Notes under the pieces: model-generated
The model's input: the letters and a program-made list of their open reading frames with translations, nothing else
Told to the model about the DNA's origin: nothing
Database searches by the model: none
Source: an uncultured Ruminococcus sp.
GTDB taxonomy: Bacteria > Bacillota > Clostridia > Oscillospirales > CAG-382
Assembly: GCA_964402515.1 (NCBI GenBank)
Contig: CAYOCM010000003.1
Span: forward strand, 1-47,847
Length of the DNA: 47,847 nt
Reading direction: 5' to 3'
Made by a program: the position numbers and the translations under genes
In this document: positions 35,529-46,200 of the stretch, in pieces
Position numbering within the stretch: position 1 is the stretch's first letter
How the letters are laid out: each line of letters begins with the position of its first letter

Positions 35529-35553
35529 TGTTGACCGTGTGATGAGCGGTCAA
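35529..35553 (+). other. Perfect 8-bp stem-loop in the rpsJ-rplC spacer
   Basis: GTTGACCG (35529-35536), 9-nt loop TGTGATGAG, CGGTCAAC (35546-35553). No U-tract follows. Confidence 0.5.
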
Positions 35554-35580
35554 CCAATAACCAAGGAGGAAAAATAAATC

Positions 35581-36210
35581 ATGAAAAAAGGCATCATCGG
35601 CAGAAAGATCGGCATGACTCAGGTGTTCACCGACACCGGCCGTGTCATCCCCGTAACCGTTATCAATGCAGGTCCCTGCGTCGTCGTTCAAAAGAAGACG
35701 GTCGAGACCGACGGCTACGAAGCTGTACAGCTCGGCTTTTCGGATATCGAAGAGCGCAAGCTGACAAAACCCGTCAAAGGCCACTTTGACAAAGCAGAGG
35801 TCAAGTATAAGAGATACCTCAAAGAATTCCGTCTGGCTGACATCTCGTCGATCAACGTCGGCGACGTTATCACCGGCGACGTCTTTACGGTCGGTGAAAA
35901 AGTCGACATCACCGGTACCTCGAAGGGCCACGGCTACAGCGGCGTTATCAAACGCTGGGGTTGCCACAGACTCAGAATGACCCACGGCACAGGCCCTGTT
36001 GCACGCAACGGCGGCTCGATGGGTGCAAACAGCAGCCCGTCAAGAATCTTTAAGAACAAAAAGATGGCCGGACAGTACGGTAACGTAAAGTCCACCATGC
36101 TCAATCTTGAAATAGTCAAGATCGATGCGGACAAGAACCTCATCGCGGTCAAGGGCGCCGTTCCCGGCCCCAGAGGCGGCATTGTGTTCATCCGCAACAC
36201 CGTTAAATGA
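35581..36210 (+). CDS. rplC: 50S ribosomal protein L3
   Basis: 209 aa. [16 protein letters not shown]... with AAGGAGG upstream. Confidence 0.97.
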   Translation: MKKGIIGRKIGMTQVFTDTGRVIPVTVINAGPCVVVQKKTVETDGYEAVQLGFSDIEERKLTKPVKGHFDKAEVKYKRYLKEFRLADISSINVGDVITGDVFTVGEKVDITGTSKGHGYSGVIKRWGCHRLRMTHGTGPVARNGGSMGANSSPSRIFKNKKMAGQYGNVKSTMLNLEIVKIDADKNLIAVKGAVPGPRGGIVFIRNTVK

Positions 36211-36227
36211 GAGGGGAGGATACAAAA

Positions 36228-36851
36228 ATGCCTAATGTAAAAGTATATGACATGCAGGGCAATGTCGTCGGCGACATTGAACTCTCCGCAAAAATTTTCG
36301 GTGCAGAGATCAACTCGGCAGCGGTCCACTCGGTTGTCAGAGCATATTTGCTCAATCAGAGACAGGGTACTCAGTCGGCACTTGCCAGAGCCGAGGTTGC
36401 GGGCGGCGGCAGAAAGCCCTGGAGACAAAAGGGCACCGGCAGAGCACGTCAGGGCTCTACCAGATCGCCTCAATGGACACACGGCGGCGTCGTGTTTGCC
36501 CCTAAACCCAGATCCTATCGCGTAAGCATCAATAAAAAGGTAAAGCAGGTTGCGCTTTTCTCGGCGCTTTCTTCTAAGGTTGCCGCGGGCGAACTGATTG
36601 TCGTTGACAATATCGCGCTTGATGAGTATAAGACCAAGAAAGTCGTTGAAATGCTGCAAAAGCTTGATGCCGGCAAAAAGACGCTTATCGTTCTCGGCGA
36701 TGCCAGCGAGCACTTTGTTAAGTCTGCCGCGAATATCGCCGGCGTAACCACCGCTCCCGTAAATGCTTTCTGCACTTACGACGTTCTCAACTGTGACAAA
36801 CTTGTCATCAGCAAGAGCGCGGTGGAGAAACTCCAGGAGGTATATGCCTGA
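36228..36851 (+). CDS. rplD: 50S ribosomal protein L4
   Basis: 207 aa from ATG 36228 (MPNVKVYDMQGN...), with GGGGAGGA upstream. Contains GGGRKPWRQKGTGRARQGS. Confidence 0.96.
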   Translation: MPNVKVYDMQGNVVGDIELSAKIFGAEINSAAVHSVVRAYLLNQRQGTQSALARAEVAGGGRKPWRQKGTGRARQGSTRSPQWTHGGVVFAPKPRSYRVSINKKVKQVALFSALSSKVAAGELIVVDNIALDEYKTKKVVEMLQKLDAGKKTLIVLGDASEHFVKSAANIAGVTTAPVNAFCTYDVLNCDKLVISKSAVEKLQEVYA

Positions 36852-37144
36852 TGAAATCCGCATACGACATCATAATTAAGCCGGTCATCACCGAGGCTTC
36901 GATCGCTAATATGCAGGATCGCAAGTACACGTTCCGCGTGGCGACTGACTCTAATAAGATCGAGATCAAAAACGCCGTTGAGACCATCTTTGGCGTAAAT
37001 GTCGAAAAAGTTACCGTTATCAATATGAAACGCAAGCCCAGAAGAGTCGGCTATCACTACGGCTATACTTCCGAATGGAAAAAAGCCATAGTCAAGCTTA
37101 CTGCCGATAGCAAGACTATCGAGTTCTTCGACAGCTTGATGTAA
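36851..37144 (+). CDS. rplW: 50S ribosomal protein L23
   Basis: 97 aa. [15 protein letters not shown]... TGATG overlap with rplD. Confidence 0.96.
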   Translation: MKSAYDIIIKPVITEASIANMQDRKYTFRVATDSNKIEIKNAVETIFGVNVEKVTVINMKRKPRRVGYHYGYTSEWKKAIVKLTADSKTIEFFDSLM

Positions 37145-37160
37145 GAGAGGAGAGCATAAA

Positions 37161-37994
37161 ATGGCAACAAAATTTTATAAGCCTACTACCCCTTCGCGCA
37201 GGAATATGTCTACTCCTTCTTTTGAAGAGATCACCAAAAAGACTCCCGAAAAGAGTCTTGTTACCGTCCTTAAGAGCAAAGCGGGACGCAACAACACCGG
37301 CAAGATCACCGTCCGTCATCAAGGCGGCGGCAATAAAAAGAAGTACAGAATTATTGACTTTAAGCGTGCATATCAGCAGTCCAGCAAGACCGTAATCGCT
37401 ATCGAATACGATCCCAACCGTACCGCATATATCGCATTGCTTCAAGACGAGAACGGCAAAAAGAGCTACACAATCGCTCCCGACGGCGTAACTGTCGGCA
37501 CCGTTCTTTACAGCGGCGAGCACGCCGACATCAAACCCGGCAACGTGCTTCCTATCGCTAATATACCCGTCGGTACCGTTATCCATTCCATTGAGCTTTA
37601 TCCCGGCAAGGGCGCTCAGCTTGTTCGCTCCGCGGGCGCTGCAGCTCAGCTTATGGCAAAAGAAAACGGCATGGCGCAGGTCAGACTCCCTTCGGGCGAG
37701 GTCAGATTGGTAAGACTTGATTGCCGCGCTACGATCGGCCAGGTCGGCAACCTCGAGCACGAAAACATCAAGCTCGGCAAGGCCGGCAAGACCCGTCATC
37801 TCGGCATCCGCCCCAGCGTGAGAGGTTCTGTTATGAACCCCTGCGATCACCCGCACGGCGGCGGTGAGGGCAAGAGCCCTATCGGCCATCCCGGCCCTGT
37901 TACTCCTTGGGGCAAGCCTGCTCTCGGTTATAAGACCAGAAATAAAAAGGCTCGTACCAATAAGTTCATGGTCAAGCGCCGTAACGACAGGTAA
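37161..37994 (+). CDS. rplB: 50S ribosomal protein L2
   Basis: 277 aa. Contains [16 protein letters not shown] and [14 protein letters not shown]. Confidence 0.97.
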   Translation: MATKFYKPTTPSRRNMSTPSFEEITKKTPEKSLVTVLKSKAGRNNTGKITVRHQGGGNKKKYRIIDFKRAYQQSSKTVIAIEYDPNRTAYIALLQDENGKKSYTIAPDGVTVGTVLYSGEHADIKPGNVLPIANIPVGTVIHSIELYPGKGAQLVRSAGAAAQLMAKENGMAQVRLPSGEVRLVRLDCRATIGQVGNLEHENIKLGKAGKTRHLGIRPSVRGSVMNPCDHPHGGGEGKSPIGHPGPVTPWGKPALGYKTRNKKARTNKFMVKRRNDR

Positions 37995-38008
37995 GGAGGA
38001 TATATTCA

Positions 38009-38284
38009 ATGAGCAGAAGTGTTAAAAAGGGACCTTTTGTAGAGCCCAAACTTTATAAGCGTATCTGCGACATGAACGCAAACGGCGAAAAGAGAGTCAT
38101 AAAGACTTGGTCGCGTGCTTCGACAATATTCCCCGAATTTGTCGGACACACTATCGCTGTTCATGACGGCAGAAAACACGTTCCCGTGTACATCGTCGAG
38201 GACATGGTCGGCCACAAGCTCGGTGAGTTTGCGCCCACCAGAACCTTTAAGGGCCACTCCGGCTCCAAGACGGCTAACAGCTGA
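38009..38284 (+). CDS. rpsS: 30S ribosomal protein S19
   Basis: 91 aa. [15 protein letters not shown]...[17 protein letters not shown]. Confidence 0.97.
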   Translation: MSRSVKKGPFVEPKLYKRICDMNANGEKRVIKTWSRASTIFPEFVGHTIAVHDGRKHVPVYIVEDMVGHKLGEFAPTRTFKGHSGSKTANS

Positions 38285-38298
38285 TGAGGAGGAACACA

Positions 38299-38646
38299 AT
38301 GGAAGAAAAAATTGCAAGAGCATATCTTAAGCAGCTCAGAGTTACTCCTCGCAAGGTCAAGATAGTTCTCGACCTTATCCGCGGCAAAGACGCTGATGTT
38401 GCTTGCGGTATACTCAAGACAACTAACAAGCTGGTCTGCGACGACCTGCTTAAGCTGCTTAAATCGGCTATCGCGAATGCCGAGAATAAGGGCATGGATG
38501 TTGATAAACTTTATGTTGCCGAGTGCTTTGTTACTCCCGGCATGCTTAAAAATATGAAGCGTATTCAGCCCAGAGCCAAAGGCAGCGCATACAGAATCAT
38601 CAAGCGCACATCGCATGTTACGATGACGCTTAAAGAAAGAGCTTAA
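38299..38646 (+). CDS. rplV: 50S ribosomal protein L22
   Basis: 115 aa from ATG 38299 ([20 protein letters not shown]...), with GAGGAGGA upstream. Confidence 0.95.
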   Translation: MEEKIARAYLKQLRVTPRKVKIVLDLIRGKDADVACGILKTTNKLVCDDLLKLLKSAIANAENKGMDVDKLYVAECFVTPGMLKNMKRIQPRAKGSAYRIIKRTSHVTMTLKERA

Positions 38647-38659
38647 GGAGGAGACAACA

Positions 38660-39337
38660 ATGGGTCAAAAAGTTAATCCGCACGGTCTGCGTGTGGGCGT
38701 AATCAAAAACTGGGACTCGCGCTGGTTTGTCGGCGACGAAATTTTCGGCGATACCCTCGTAAGCGATTATAAGCTCCGTAAGTATCTCAAAACCAAGCTC
38801 TTCAACGCGGGCGTTCCCCGTATTGAGATCGAGCGCGACAATTCGCGCATCAAGGTTATTATCCACTGCGCTAAACCCGGTATTATAATCGGCAAAGGCG
38901 GCGTTGAGATCGATAAACTCAAAAAGGATATAATCAATTTCCTCGGTGCTCCCGCCAATGTCAATGTTGACGTCAAAGTCGTTGAAATCAAGCACCCCGA
39001 CCTCAACGCACAGCTCGTTGCCGAGAACATCGCAGGTCAGCTCGAACGCCGTGTCGCGTTCCGCAGAGCTATGAAGCAGTGCATAGGCCGCACCATGAAG
39101 CTTAATGCAAAGGGCATTAAGGTTCAAGTCGGTGGACGCCTTGGCGGTGCCGAGATCGCGAGAAGCGAGCATTATCACGAGGGTACGATTCCCCTTCAGA
39201 CTATCCGTGCCGATATCGACTACGGTTTCTGGGAAGCCAACACCACGTATGGTAAGATCGGCGTAAAGGTTTGGATCTATAAGGGCGAGGTACTTCCCGA
39301 GGTAAAGCGTAATTCCACCGAAGGAGGTAGACGCTAA
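38660..39337 (+). CDS. rpsC: 30S ribosomal protein S3
   Basis: 225 aa. [23 protein letters not shown]... with a KH domain. Confidence 0.97.
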   Translation: MGQKVNPHGLRVGVIKNWDSRWFVGDEIFGDTLVSDYKLRKYLKTKLFNAGVPRIEIERDNSRIKVIIHCAKPGIIIGKGGVEIDKLKKDIINFLGAPANVNVDVKVVEIKHPDLNAQLVAENIAGQLERRVAFRRAMKQCIGRTMKLNAKGIKVQVGGRLGGAEIARSEHYHEGTIPLQTIRADIDYGFWEANTTYGKIGVKVWIYKGEVLPEVKRNSTEGGRR

Positions 39338-39756
39338 TGTTAATGCCTAAAAGAGTAAAATACAGACGTGTTCAAAGAGGTCGTTTGACCGGCAAAGCGT
39401 CGAGAGGCAATAAGATCACCAACGGTACTTACGGCCTTGTCGCTACCGAGCCCGCTTGGATCACCAGCAATCAGATTGAGGCAGCCCGTGTTGCTATGAC
39501 ACGTTATATCAAACGTGGCGGTCAGGTTTGGATCAAGATTTTCCCCGACAAGCCCGTTACCGAAAAACCTGCCGAAACTCGAATGGGTTCCGGTAAAGGC
39601 TCGCCCGAATATTGGGTAGCTGTGGTTAAACCCGGCAGAGTGCTGTTTGAAATGGACGGCATCACCGAAGAGCAGGCACGCGAAGCTATGCGTCTTGCTT
39701 CTCATAAACTGCCTGTTAAGTGCAAGTTTGCCACCAAGGCAGACCTTGAAGGCTGA
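39337..39756 (+). CDS. rplP: 50S ribosomal protein L16
   Basis: 139 aa. [16 protein letters not shown]... TAATG overlap with rpsC. Confidence 0.96.
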   Translation: MLMPKRVKYRRVQRGRLTGKASRGNKITNGTYGLVATEPAWITSNQIEAARVAMTRYIKRGGQVWIKIFPDKPVTEKPAETRMGSGKGSPEYWVAVVKPGRVLFEMDGITEEQAREAMRLASHKLPVKCKFATKADLEG

Positions 39757-39773
39757 GACGGAGGTATATTAGT

Positions 39774-39974
39774 ATGACAATTAAAGAAATACGTGAGATG
39801 TCCGTCACAGAACTCACAAAGGCTGTTGCCGATGCTAAAGAGGAGCTTTTTAACCTCAGATTCCAGCATTCGATCAACCAACTCGACAACCCTATGAAGA
39901 TAGTCGAGACCAAAAAGACCATTGCAAGACTTCTCACGGTTCTTCACGAAAAAGAACTTGCTGAAAAGGCATAA
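39774..39974 (+). CDS. rpmC: 50S ribosomal protein L29
   Basis: 66 aa. Contains [17 protein letters not shown]. Confidence 0.95.
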   Translation: MTIKEIREMSVTELTKAVADAKEELFNLRFQHSINQLDNPMKIVETKKTIARLLTVLHEKELAEKA

Positions 39975-39991
39975 ACGAAAGGAGAAGAACA

Positions 39992-40246
39992 ATGGAAAGA
40001 TCACTTAGAAAGACTCGCGTCGGCAAGGTCGTCAGCAACAAGATGGATAAAACCATCGTCGTTGCCGTTCTTGACAACGTGAAACATCCGCTTTATAAAA
40101 AAATCATCAAGAGAACCGTTAAATTCAAGGCTCATGATGAAAACAATGAGTGCAACATCGGTGATACCGTTCGCATCATGGAAACCAGACCGCTTTCTAA
40201 AGAAAAGCGTTGGAGACTTGATGCTATCATCGAGAAAGCTAAGTAA
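39992..40246 (+). CDS. rpsQ: 30S ribosomal protein S17
   Basis: 84 aa. Contains [18 protein letters not shown] and [27 protein letters not shown]. Confidence 0.96.
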   Translation: MERSLRKTRVGKVVSNKMDKTIVVAVLDNVKHPLYKKIIKRTVKFKAHDENNECNIGDTVRIMETRPLSKEKRWRLDAIIEKAK

Positions 40247-40261
40247 GCAGGAGGGTACATT

Positions 40262-40630
40262 ATGATTCAACAGCAATCTTTTCTTAAAGTTGCCGATAAC
40301 ACCGGCGCAAAAGAGCTGATGTGCATCCGCGTGCTTGGCGGTACCGGCAGACGCTATGCGGGCATCGGTGATGTCATCGTTTGCTCGGTCAAAAAGGCTG
40401 CTCCCGGCGGCGTCGTCAAAAAAGGCGAGGTCGTTCGTGCGGTAGTCGTGCGCACAGTTCAGCCTACCAGACGTGCCGATGGCAGCTATGTCCGTTTTGA
40501 CGAAAACGCAGCAGTTATTATCAAAGAAGACAAAAACCCCCGCGGCACCCGTATCTTTGGGCCGGTAGCCCGTGAGCTCAGAGAGAGAGATTATATGAAG
40601 ATCCTCTCGCTTGCTCCCGAAGTTGTATGA
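40262..40630 (+). CDS. rplN: 50S ribosomal protein L14
   Basis: 122 aa. [27 protein letters not shown]... Confidence 0.97.
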   Translation: MIQQQSFLKVADNTGAKELMCIRVLGGTGRRYAGIGDVIVCSVKKAAPGGVVKKGEVVRAVVVRTVQPTRRADGSYVRFDENAAVIIKEDKNPRGTRIFGPVARELRERDYMKILSLAPEVV

Positions 40631-40647
40631 CAGGAGGAAACGGAAAA

Positions 40648-40977
40648 ATGGCTAAAATGTTCATTAAAACCGGCGATACTGTCGTAGTTATCAGCGGCGC
40701 ATCCTCTAACGGCAAAGAGCCCGTTATCGGTAAAGTCGTCGGAATTTCACCCAAAGAGGGCAAGGTCATCGTTGAAGGCGCGGCAGTTGTGTCAAAACAC
40801 GTCAAGCCTCGCAAACAGGGTGATGCCGGCGGAATAATCAAGACCGAAAGCGCAATGTACGCTTGCAAGGTTCAACTTTATTGCCCCAAGTGCCACAAGG
40901 GTGTAAGAGTAAGACGCTCTAAAACTCAGGACGGCGAACGCATTCGTTCGTGTGTCCATTGCGGCGAAACACTGTAA
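40648..40977 (+). CDS. rplX: 50S ribosomal protein L24 with a C-terminal CxxC...CxxC motif
   Basis: 109 aa from ATG 40648, with AGGAGG 10 nt upstream. KOW region [10 protein letters not shown]-terminus [32 protein letters not shown]. Confidence 0.93.
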   Translation: MAKMFIKTGDTVVVISGASSNGKEPVIGKVVGISPKEGKVIVEGAAVVSKHVKPRKQGDAGGIIKTESAMYACKVQLYCPKCHKGVRVRRSKTQDGERIRSCVHCGETL

Positions 40978-40991
40978 AGGAGGACGGAATA

Positions 40992-41534
40992 ATGGCATAT
41001 TTATCTAACTATTATAAGCAGGAAGTCGCTCCCGCCCTCATGGAGAAATTCGGCTATAAGAGCCCGATGCAGATTCCTCGCCTCGTCAAAGTCGTTGTCA
41101 ATGTCGGTGCCGGCGATGCGAAGGATAACAGCAAAGTGCTTGACAACATCTGCCAGGAGCTTGAGCTTATCACCGGTCAGCACGCAGTAACCACTACCGC
41201 GCGCAAGTCGGTATCAAACTTTAAGCTTCGTGCAGGCACCAAGATCGGTGCAAAAGTAACTCTGCGTAATGACAGAATGTGGGAGTTCGTATATAAGTTC
41301 TTCAACATCTCTTTGCCCAGAGTTCGTGACTTTAAGGGTATCAACCCCAATGCTTTCGACGGCCACGGCAATTATGCTGTAGGTCTTAAAGAGCAACTTA
41401 TATTCCCCGAGATTGAGTACGATAAGATCGACAAGATCCGCGGCATGGATATAGTATTTGTTACAACGGCTAAAACCGATGAAGAAGCAAAAGAATTGCT
41501 CAGACTGCTCGGTGCACCGTTTGCCAAAGAATAA
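40992..41534 (+). CDS. rplE: 50S ribosomal protein L5
   Basis: 180 aa from ATG 40992 ([31 protein letters not shown]...), with AAGGAGG upstream. Confidence 0.96.
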   Translation: MAYLSNYYKQEVAPALMEKFGYKSPMQIPRLVKVVVNVGAGDAKDNSKVLDNICQELELITGQHAVTTTARKSVSNFKLRAGTKIGAKVTLRNDRMWEFVYKFFNISLPRVRDFKGINPNAFDGHGNYAVGLKEQLIFPEIEYDKIDKIRGMDIVFVTTAKTDEEAKELLRLLGAPFAKE

Positions 41535-41549
41535 GGAGGGTGTGAAAAA

Positions 41550-41735
41550 ATGGCAAAATTATCAATGAAATTAAAGCAGCAGAAAGCTCCCAAATTTTCA
41601 ACCCGTGCTTATAACCGCTGCAAGATCTGCGGCAGACCTCACGCATACCTTCGCAAGTATGGCGTGTGCCGTATCTGCTTTAGAAATCTTTCTTACTCGG
41701 GCCAGATTCCCGGTGTAAGAAAAGCAAGCTGGTAA
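41550..41735 (+). CDS. rpsN: 30S ribosomal protein S14 type Z (zinc form)
   Basis: 61 aa. [22 protein letters not shown]. Confidence 0.96.
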   Translation: MAKLSMKLKQQKAPKFSTRAYNRCKICGRPHAYLRKYGVCRICFRNLSYSGQIPGVRKASW

Positions 41736-41753
41736 GGAAGGAGGATATACGAA

Positions 41754-42152
41754 ATGCAGATAACTGATGTTGTTGCGGATATGCTTACCAGAATCCGCAA
41801 TGCTAACACCGCAAAACACGCAACCGTTGATATCCCCGCTTCTAACCTTAAAAAAGCAATTGCACAGATATTGCTCGATGAGGGCTATATCGCCGGCTAT
41901 CAGGTTACCGAAGATAACAAACAGGGCGTTATCACCGTTACTCTTAAATACGGTGCAGGCAAGACCCGTGTTATTCAGGGTATCAAGAGAGTTTCAAAGC
42001 CCGGCCTGCGCATCTATGCTTCGAGCCAGGACCTTCCCCGTGTTCGCAACGGACTCGGCATTGCCATCATTTCGACCTCTAAGGGCGTTATGACCGACAA
42101 AGCTGCACGCAATGCAAACATCGGCGGCGAAGTTCTCGCATTCGTTTGGTAA
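41754..42152 (+). CDS. rpsH: 30S ribosomal protein S8
   Basis: 132 aa. [18 protein letters not shown]... Confidence 0.97.
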   Translation: MQITDVVADMLTRIRNANTAKHATVDIPASNLKKAIAQILLDEGYIAGYQVTEDNKQGVITVTLKYGAGKTRVIQGIKRVSKPGLRIYASSQDLPRVRNGLGIAIISTSKGVMTDKAARNANIGGEVLAFVW

Positions 42153-42163
42153 GGAGGATAGTT

Positions 42164-42706
42164 ATGAGCAGAATTGGCAGAAAACCCATTACCATTCCCG
42201 CCGGCGTCACCGTTACGGTTGACGAGAAGCACGTCTGCACGGTAAAAGGTCCCAAAGGAACCCTTACCGAACAGCTTCCCGCTGTTATCGATGTAAATGT
42301 CGAAGGCGCAGAACTGCTTTGCACCAGACCCGATGATGAAAATGAGACCAGAGCACTGCACGGACTTTGCAGAGCGCTTATACACAATATGGTCGTCGGC
42401 GTTACCGAAGGCTTCAGCAAAAAGCTTGAGATAAACGGCGTCGGTTATAAAGCGGCTCTCAACGGCAAACAGCTCGTGCTTAATCTCGGATATTCTCATC
42501 CCGTTACTTTTGATGCCCCCGAAGGAATCACGTTTGAGGTTCCCAACGCCAACACCGTTGTCGTTTCGGGCGTCAGCAAACAGACAGTCGGTCAGCTCGC
42601 TGCCGAGATCAGAGGTGTAAGACCTCCCGAACCTTATTTGGGCAAGGGTGTCAAGTATACCGGTGAGATCATCAGACGCAAAGCGGGCAAGGCCGGCAAG
42701 AAGTAA
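42164..42706 (+). CDS. rplF: 50S ribosomal protein L6
   Basis: 180 aa from ATG 42164 ([15 protein letters not shown]...), with AAGGAGGA upstream. Confidence 0.96.
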   Translation: MSRIGRKPITIPAGVTVTVDEKHVCTVKGPKGTLTEQLPAVIDVNVEGAELLCTRPDDENETRALHGLCRALIHNMVVGVTEGFSKKLEINGVGYKAALNGKQLVLNLGYSHPVTFDAPEGITFEVPNANTVVVSGVSKQTVGQLAAEIRGVRPPEPYLGKGVKYTGEIIRRKAGKAGKK

Positions 42707-42724
42707 TCGAAAGGAGATATTACG

Positions 42725-43084
42725 ATGATTAATCGTGTTGACAGCAACGCAAAGCGCTTGCACAGACACAAGAGAGTTCGCTCTAAGATCAGCGGCACTC
42801 CCGAAAGACCCCGTCTTTGTGTATACCGTTCCGAACAGAACATTTATGCACAGATAATAGATGATACGGTAGGTCACACACTCGTATCTGCCTCCAGCAC
42901 CGAGCCCGAATTCGGCAAAGAGGGCGGCAACATCGAGTCGGCTAAAAAGGTCGGCGCACTCGTTGCTCAAAGAGCCCTTGAAAAAGGAATCGATACCGTT
43001 GTCTTCGACAGAGGCGGTTACCTCTATCACGGTCGCGTCCTTGAGCTTGCCAATGCAGCCCGCGAAGCGGGACTGAAGTTTTAG
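42725..43084 (+). CDS. rplR: 50S ribosomal protein L18
   Basis: 119 aa. Contains [23 protein letters not shown] and [11 protein letters not shown]. Confidence 0.96.
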   Translation: MINRVDSNAKRLHRHKRVRSKISGTPERPRLCVYRSEQNIYAQIIDDTVGHTLVSASSTEPEFGKEGGNIESAKKVGALVAQRALEKGIDTVVFDRGGYLYHGRVLELANAAREAGLKF

Positions 43085-43093
43085 GAGGAAGAC

Positions 43094-43591
43094 ATGAAGA
43101 AGGATTATTCGACTCTTGAATTTAAAGAAATTCTCGTTGATACCAAGCGTGTCAGCAAGACCGTAAAAGGCGGCCGTGTTGCAAGATTTTCGGCCCTCGT
43201 TATCGTAGGCGACGGCAACGGACATATCGGTTACGGTCTCGGCAAAGCAGCTGAAGTTCCCGAAGCTATTCGCAAGGCTACCGAAGCCGCAAGACACAAT
43301 GTTATTGAGGTTTCGCTTAAAGGAACCACCATTCCTCATGAGATCATCGGCGAATTCGGCGCCGGCAGAGTGCTGCTTAAGCCCGCTGCTCCCGGTACCG
43401 GTATCATTGCCGGCGGCAAGATGCGTGCAGTCCTTGAGGCTGCGGGCATTCGTGACATACGCGGCAAGTCGCTGCGCTCCAATAACCCCGTAAACGTTGT
43501 TAAAGCAACCTTTGCGGCATTGGCAGAGCTTCGTACTGCCGAGCAGGTCGCACTCACCCGCGGCATCAGTGTTGACACTGTTGTCGGTTAA
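43094..43591 (+). CDS. rpsE: 30S ribosomal protein S5
   Basis: 165 aa. Contains [34 protein letters not shown]. Confidence 0.97.
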   Translation: MKKDYSTLEFKEILVDTKRVSKTVKGGRVARFSALVIVGDGNGHIGYGLGKAAEVPEAIRKATEAARHNVIEVSLKGTTIPHEIIGEFGAGRVLLKPAAPGTGIIAGGKMRAVLEAAGIRDIRGKSLRSNNPVNVVKATFAALAELRTAEQVALTRGISVDTVVG

Positions 43592-43606
43592 GAGGAGGAC
43601 CGTATC

Positions 43607-43795
43607 ATGAAAAAAGTTAAGATCACCCTTGTTAAGAGCCTCATTGGCCGCAAGGAAAATCATATTCTCACCTGCAAGTCTCTCGGCCTGGTTAAGATAG
43701 GCGACAGCAAGGTCATTGAACTTAACCCTGCGGTTCAGGGCAAGATAGACCTCGTTTCTTATCTCGTCAACGTCGAAGACGCAGTTCAGGACTAA
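43607..43795 (+). CDS. rpmD: 50S ribosomal protein L30
   Basis: 62 aa. MKKVKITLVKSLIGRKENH... Confidence 0.94.
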   Translation: MKKVKITLVKSLIGRKENHILTCKSLGLVKIGDSKVIELNPAVQGKIDLVSYLVNVEDAVQD

Positions 43796-43813
43796 AGATA
43801 GGAGGTTAAAGTT

Positions 43814-44254
43814 ATGAAGCTTTATGAACTCGCTCCTGCTTCTGGTTCTGTTAAACCCAAATACAGAAAAGGAAGAGGCGCCGGCAGTGGCAATGGCAAA
43901 ACAGCCGGCAAAGGCCACAAAGGCCAGAACGCACGCTCGGGTGGCGGTGTAAGACCCGGTTTTGAAGGCGGTCAGCTTCCCCTGTACCGCAAACTCCCCA
44001 AACGCGGTTTTAAAAATCGCTTTGCCAAGACATATGCCATTGTTAATGTTGACGATCTCGACAGATTCGAGGCAGGTTCGGTTGTTACTGCAGCCGAACT
44101 GATCGAAAACGGCGTTATCAGCGACCTTTATGATGGTCTTAAAGTACTCGGAAACGGAGAAATCACCAAGGCTCTTACCGTCAAAGCAACTGTCTTCTCA
44201 GCATCAGCTAAACAGAAGATCGAAGCCGCAGGCGGAAAGGCAGAGGTGGTATAA
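43814..44254 (+). CDS. rplO: 50S ribosomal protein L15
   Basis: 146 aa. [38 protein letters not shown]... Confidence 0.96.
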   Translation: MKLYELAPASGSVKPKYRKGRGAGSGNGKTAGKGHKGQNARSGGGVRPGFEGGQLPLYRKLPKRGFKNRFAKTYAIVNVDDLDRFEAGSVVTAAELIENGVISDLYDGLKVLGNGEITKALTVKATVFSASAKQKIEAAGGKAEVV

Positions 44255-45537
44255 TGTTTTCGGTATTTAAAAACGCGTGGAAGGTTCAGGACATCCGCAA
44301 AAAGATGCTCTTTACCTTGTTAGTCGTTGTGATATACAGACTCGGATCGCAGATCCCTGTTCCTTATATCGATTCAGAGGTGTTGGCGTCGATGTTTTCT
44401 AACTCGACCGTACAGTCGTCACTGCTCGGCTATTTTAACATGCTTTCGGGCGATGCATTTTCAAAAGCAACTTTGTTTGCTCTCGGTGTTAGCCCTTACA
44501 TTACCGCATCTATAGTTGTTCAGCTCTTGACCATTGTTATTCCCGCATGGGAAAGATGGTCCAAAGAGGGCCCCGAAGGACAACAAAAATTGACCAGAGT
44601 TACCAGATATTTCACTATCGGTCTTGCTATCGTTACCGCTTACGGTTATTATGTGACCATTCGCAATTACGGTATGCTTGAAGATAAGGGTGTGTTTGCC
44701 GCATTTGTTATCGTCGCAGCTTATACTGCGGGCGCCTGCATTGTCACTTGGATCGGCGAAAAGATCGACGATTACGGCATAGGCAACGGTATATCAATTA
44801 TACTGTTTGCAAACATCTGCGCAGGCGGCGCATTCAAAGTACTTGCTTTGTTTGAGTATCTTGCAATGCCAAACGAATGGTATTGGGCTATCGTTGCTCT
44901 GATCCTTATGCTTGCTATCATCGTGTTCGTTGTCTTTATTTCCGATTCCGAACGCAGACTGCAAGTCAACTATGCAAAACGTCAGGTCGGCCGCAAGATG
45001 TACGGCGGCAACAGCACGTTCTTGCCTATTAAGGTTTTAATGAACGGTGTTATGCCTGTTATCTTCGCAAGCTCGATAACATCATTGCCTCAGACGTTGG
45101 CACTTATCTTCCCGGGAATGCAGGATTTTGTAAGCACCTGGTGCACCACTCAGCTTCCCAACGGTTGGATCTATGTGCTCGTTGAGTTTGCTTTGATAAT
45201 CGCATTTGCATATTTCTATACCACCATCAGCTTTAACTCTTATGAGATCGCAAACAACCTGCGCGCAAACGGCGGCACTATACTCGGCCACCGTCCCGGT
45301 AAGCCCACTGCCGACTATATACAAAAAGTCGTCAACAAGATCGTGCTTATCGGCGCCGTTTGCCTCAGCATTATAGCAATAGTTCCTATATTGCTTTCGT
45401 GGACCGGTTCCGGCGCATTGCAGACATTGGTATTCGGCGGCACGTCGCTTATCATTATCGTCGGCGTTGCACTTGAGACAGTGCGCGAGCTTGAAAGCGA
45501 ACTGATGATGCGTCACTATAAAGGCTTTCTTGGTTGA
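44254..45537 (+). CDS. secY: Preprotein translocase subunit SecY
   Basis: 427 aa polytopic protein. Contains LFTLLVVVIYRLGSQIPVP and ALGVSPYITASIVVQLL. TAATG overlap with rplO. Confidence 0.97.
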   Translation: MFSVFKNAWKVQDIRKKMLFTLLVVVIYRLGSQIPVPYIDSEVLASMFSNSTVQSSLLGYFNMLSGDAFSKATLFALGVSPYITASIVVQLLTIVIPAWERWSKEGPEGQQKLTRVTRYFTIGLAIVTAYGYYVTIRNYGMLEDKGVFAAFVIVAAYTAGACIVTWIGEKIDDYGIGNGISIILFANICAGGAFKVLALFEYLAMPNEWYWAIVALILMLAIIVFVVFISDSERRLQVNYAKRQVGRKMYGGNSTFLPIKVLMNGVMPVIFASSITSLPQTLALIFPGMQDFVSTWCTTQLPNGWIYVLVEFALIIAFAYFYTTISFNSYEIANNLRANGGTILGHRPGKPTADYIQKVVNKIVLIGAVCLSIIAIVPILLSWTGSGALQTLVFGGTSLIIIVGVALETVRELESELMMRHYKGFLG

Positions 45538-45567
45538 TAAAGCCAATTGAGTTAACGGTATAATAGT

Positions 45568-46200
45568 ATGAATATCATTTTTTTCGGCCCTCCGGGTGCC
45601 GGCAAAGGCACTCAGGCAGAGGTCGTCAAAGAATGCCTTGGCATTCCCACGATCTCTACCGGCGCGATGATACGCGATGCTATTAAAAATAACACTCCGA
45701 TGGGGCTTGCCGCCAAAGAGGCATCCTCAAAAGGTGCGCTTGTCCCTGACGAGGTAGTTATAGGCATCGTTAAAGAAAGACTGCAGGCGGATGACTGCAG
45801 CGACGGCTTTATTCTTGACGGTTTCCCTCGCACGGTTGCACAAGCCGAGGCGCTTGAAGCAATGAACGTTCGTATCGACGCTGTTGTCGATTTTGAAATC
45901 GCAGATAAAGCAATAGTAGAGCGCATGAGCGGCAGACGCGTTTGCGCAGGCTGCGGCGCTACTTATCACACAGTTTACAATCCCTCAAACGACGGGGCAC
46001 ACTGTGACCAATGCGGCGGCGAGCTTATTATTCGCAAGGATGATGATCCCGCAGTCGTCATTTCCCGCCTCGAGACATACCACGCAGAAACCGAACCGCT
46101 GATCAGTTTTTATTCACAAAGAGGTCTGCTTAGAACGGTTGACGCAGTCGGATCACTCGAAACGGTATCCGCAAGGACAAAGCAAGTTCTCGGCTTATGA
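45568..46200 (+). CDS. adk: Adenylate kinase (Cys4 zinc lid)
   Basis: 210 aa. GPPGAGKGTQ. Lid motif CAGCGATYH...CDQCGGEL. Confidence 0.96.
   Translation: MNIIFFGPPGAGKGTQAEVVKECLGIPTISTGAMIRDAIKNNTPMGLAAKEASSKGALVPDEVVIGIVKERLQADDCSDGFILDGFPRTVAQAEALEAMNVRIDAVVDFEIADKAIVERMSGRRVCAGCGATYHTVYNPSNDGAHCDQCGGELIIRKDDDPAVVISRLETYHAETEPLISFYSQRGLLRTVDAVGSLETVSARTKQVLGL

Noticed and set aside
42014-43918. 634-aa ORF on the minus strand spanning rplF-rplR-rpsE-rpmD-rplO
   Set aside because: It is exactly codon-aligned antisense to five ribosomal genes that all share one frame (starts 42164, 42725, 43094, 43607 and 43814 are all congruent mod 3). Stops in that antisense frame require sense TTA, CTA or TCA codons, which highly expressed genes avoid. 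It has no RBS and an implausible composition. It is an artefact of codon bias.
45541-45570. TATAAT (45559-45564) 3 nt before the adk ATG, with TTGATA 19 nt upstream. Considered as a possible internal promoter or leaderless adk; adk also lacks a visible Shine-Dalgarno.
   Set aside because: The -10 is too close to the ATG for a transcript that includes the start codon, and the 19-nt spacer is non-optimal. It is most likely a chance AT-rich match. adk is probably translated from the secY read-through mRNA.
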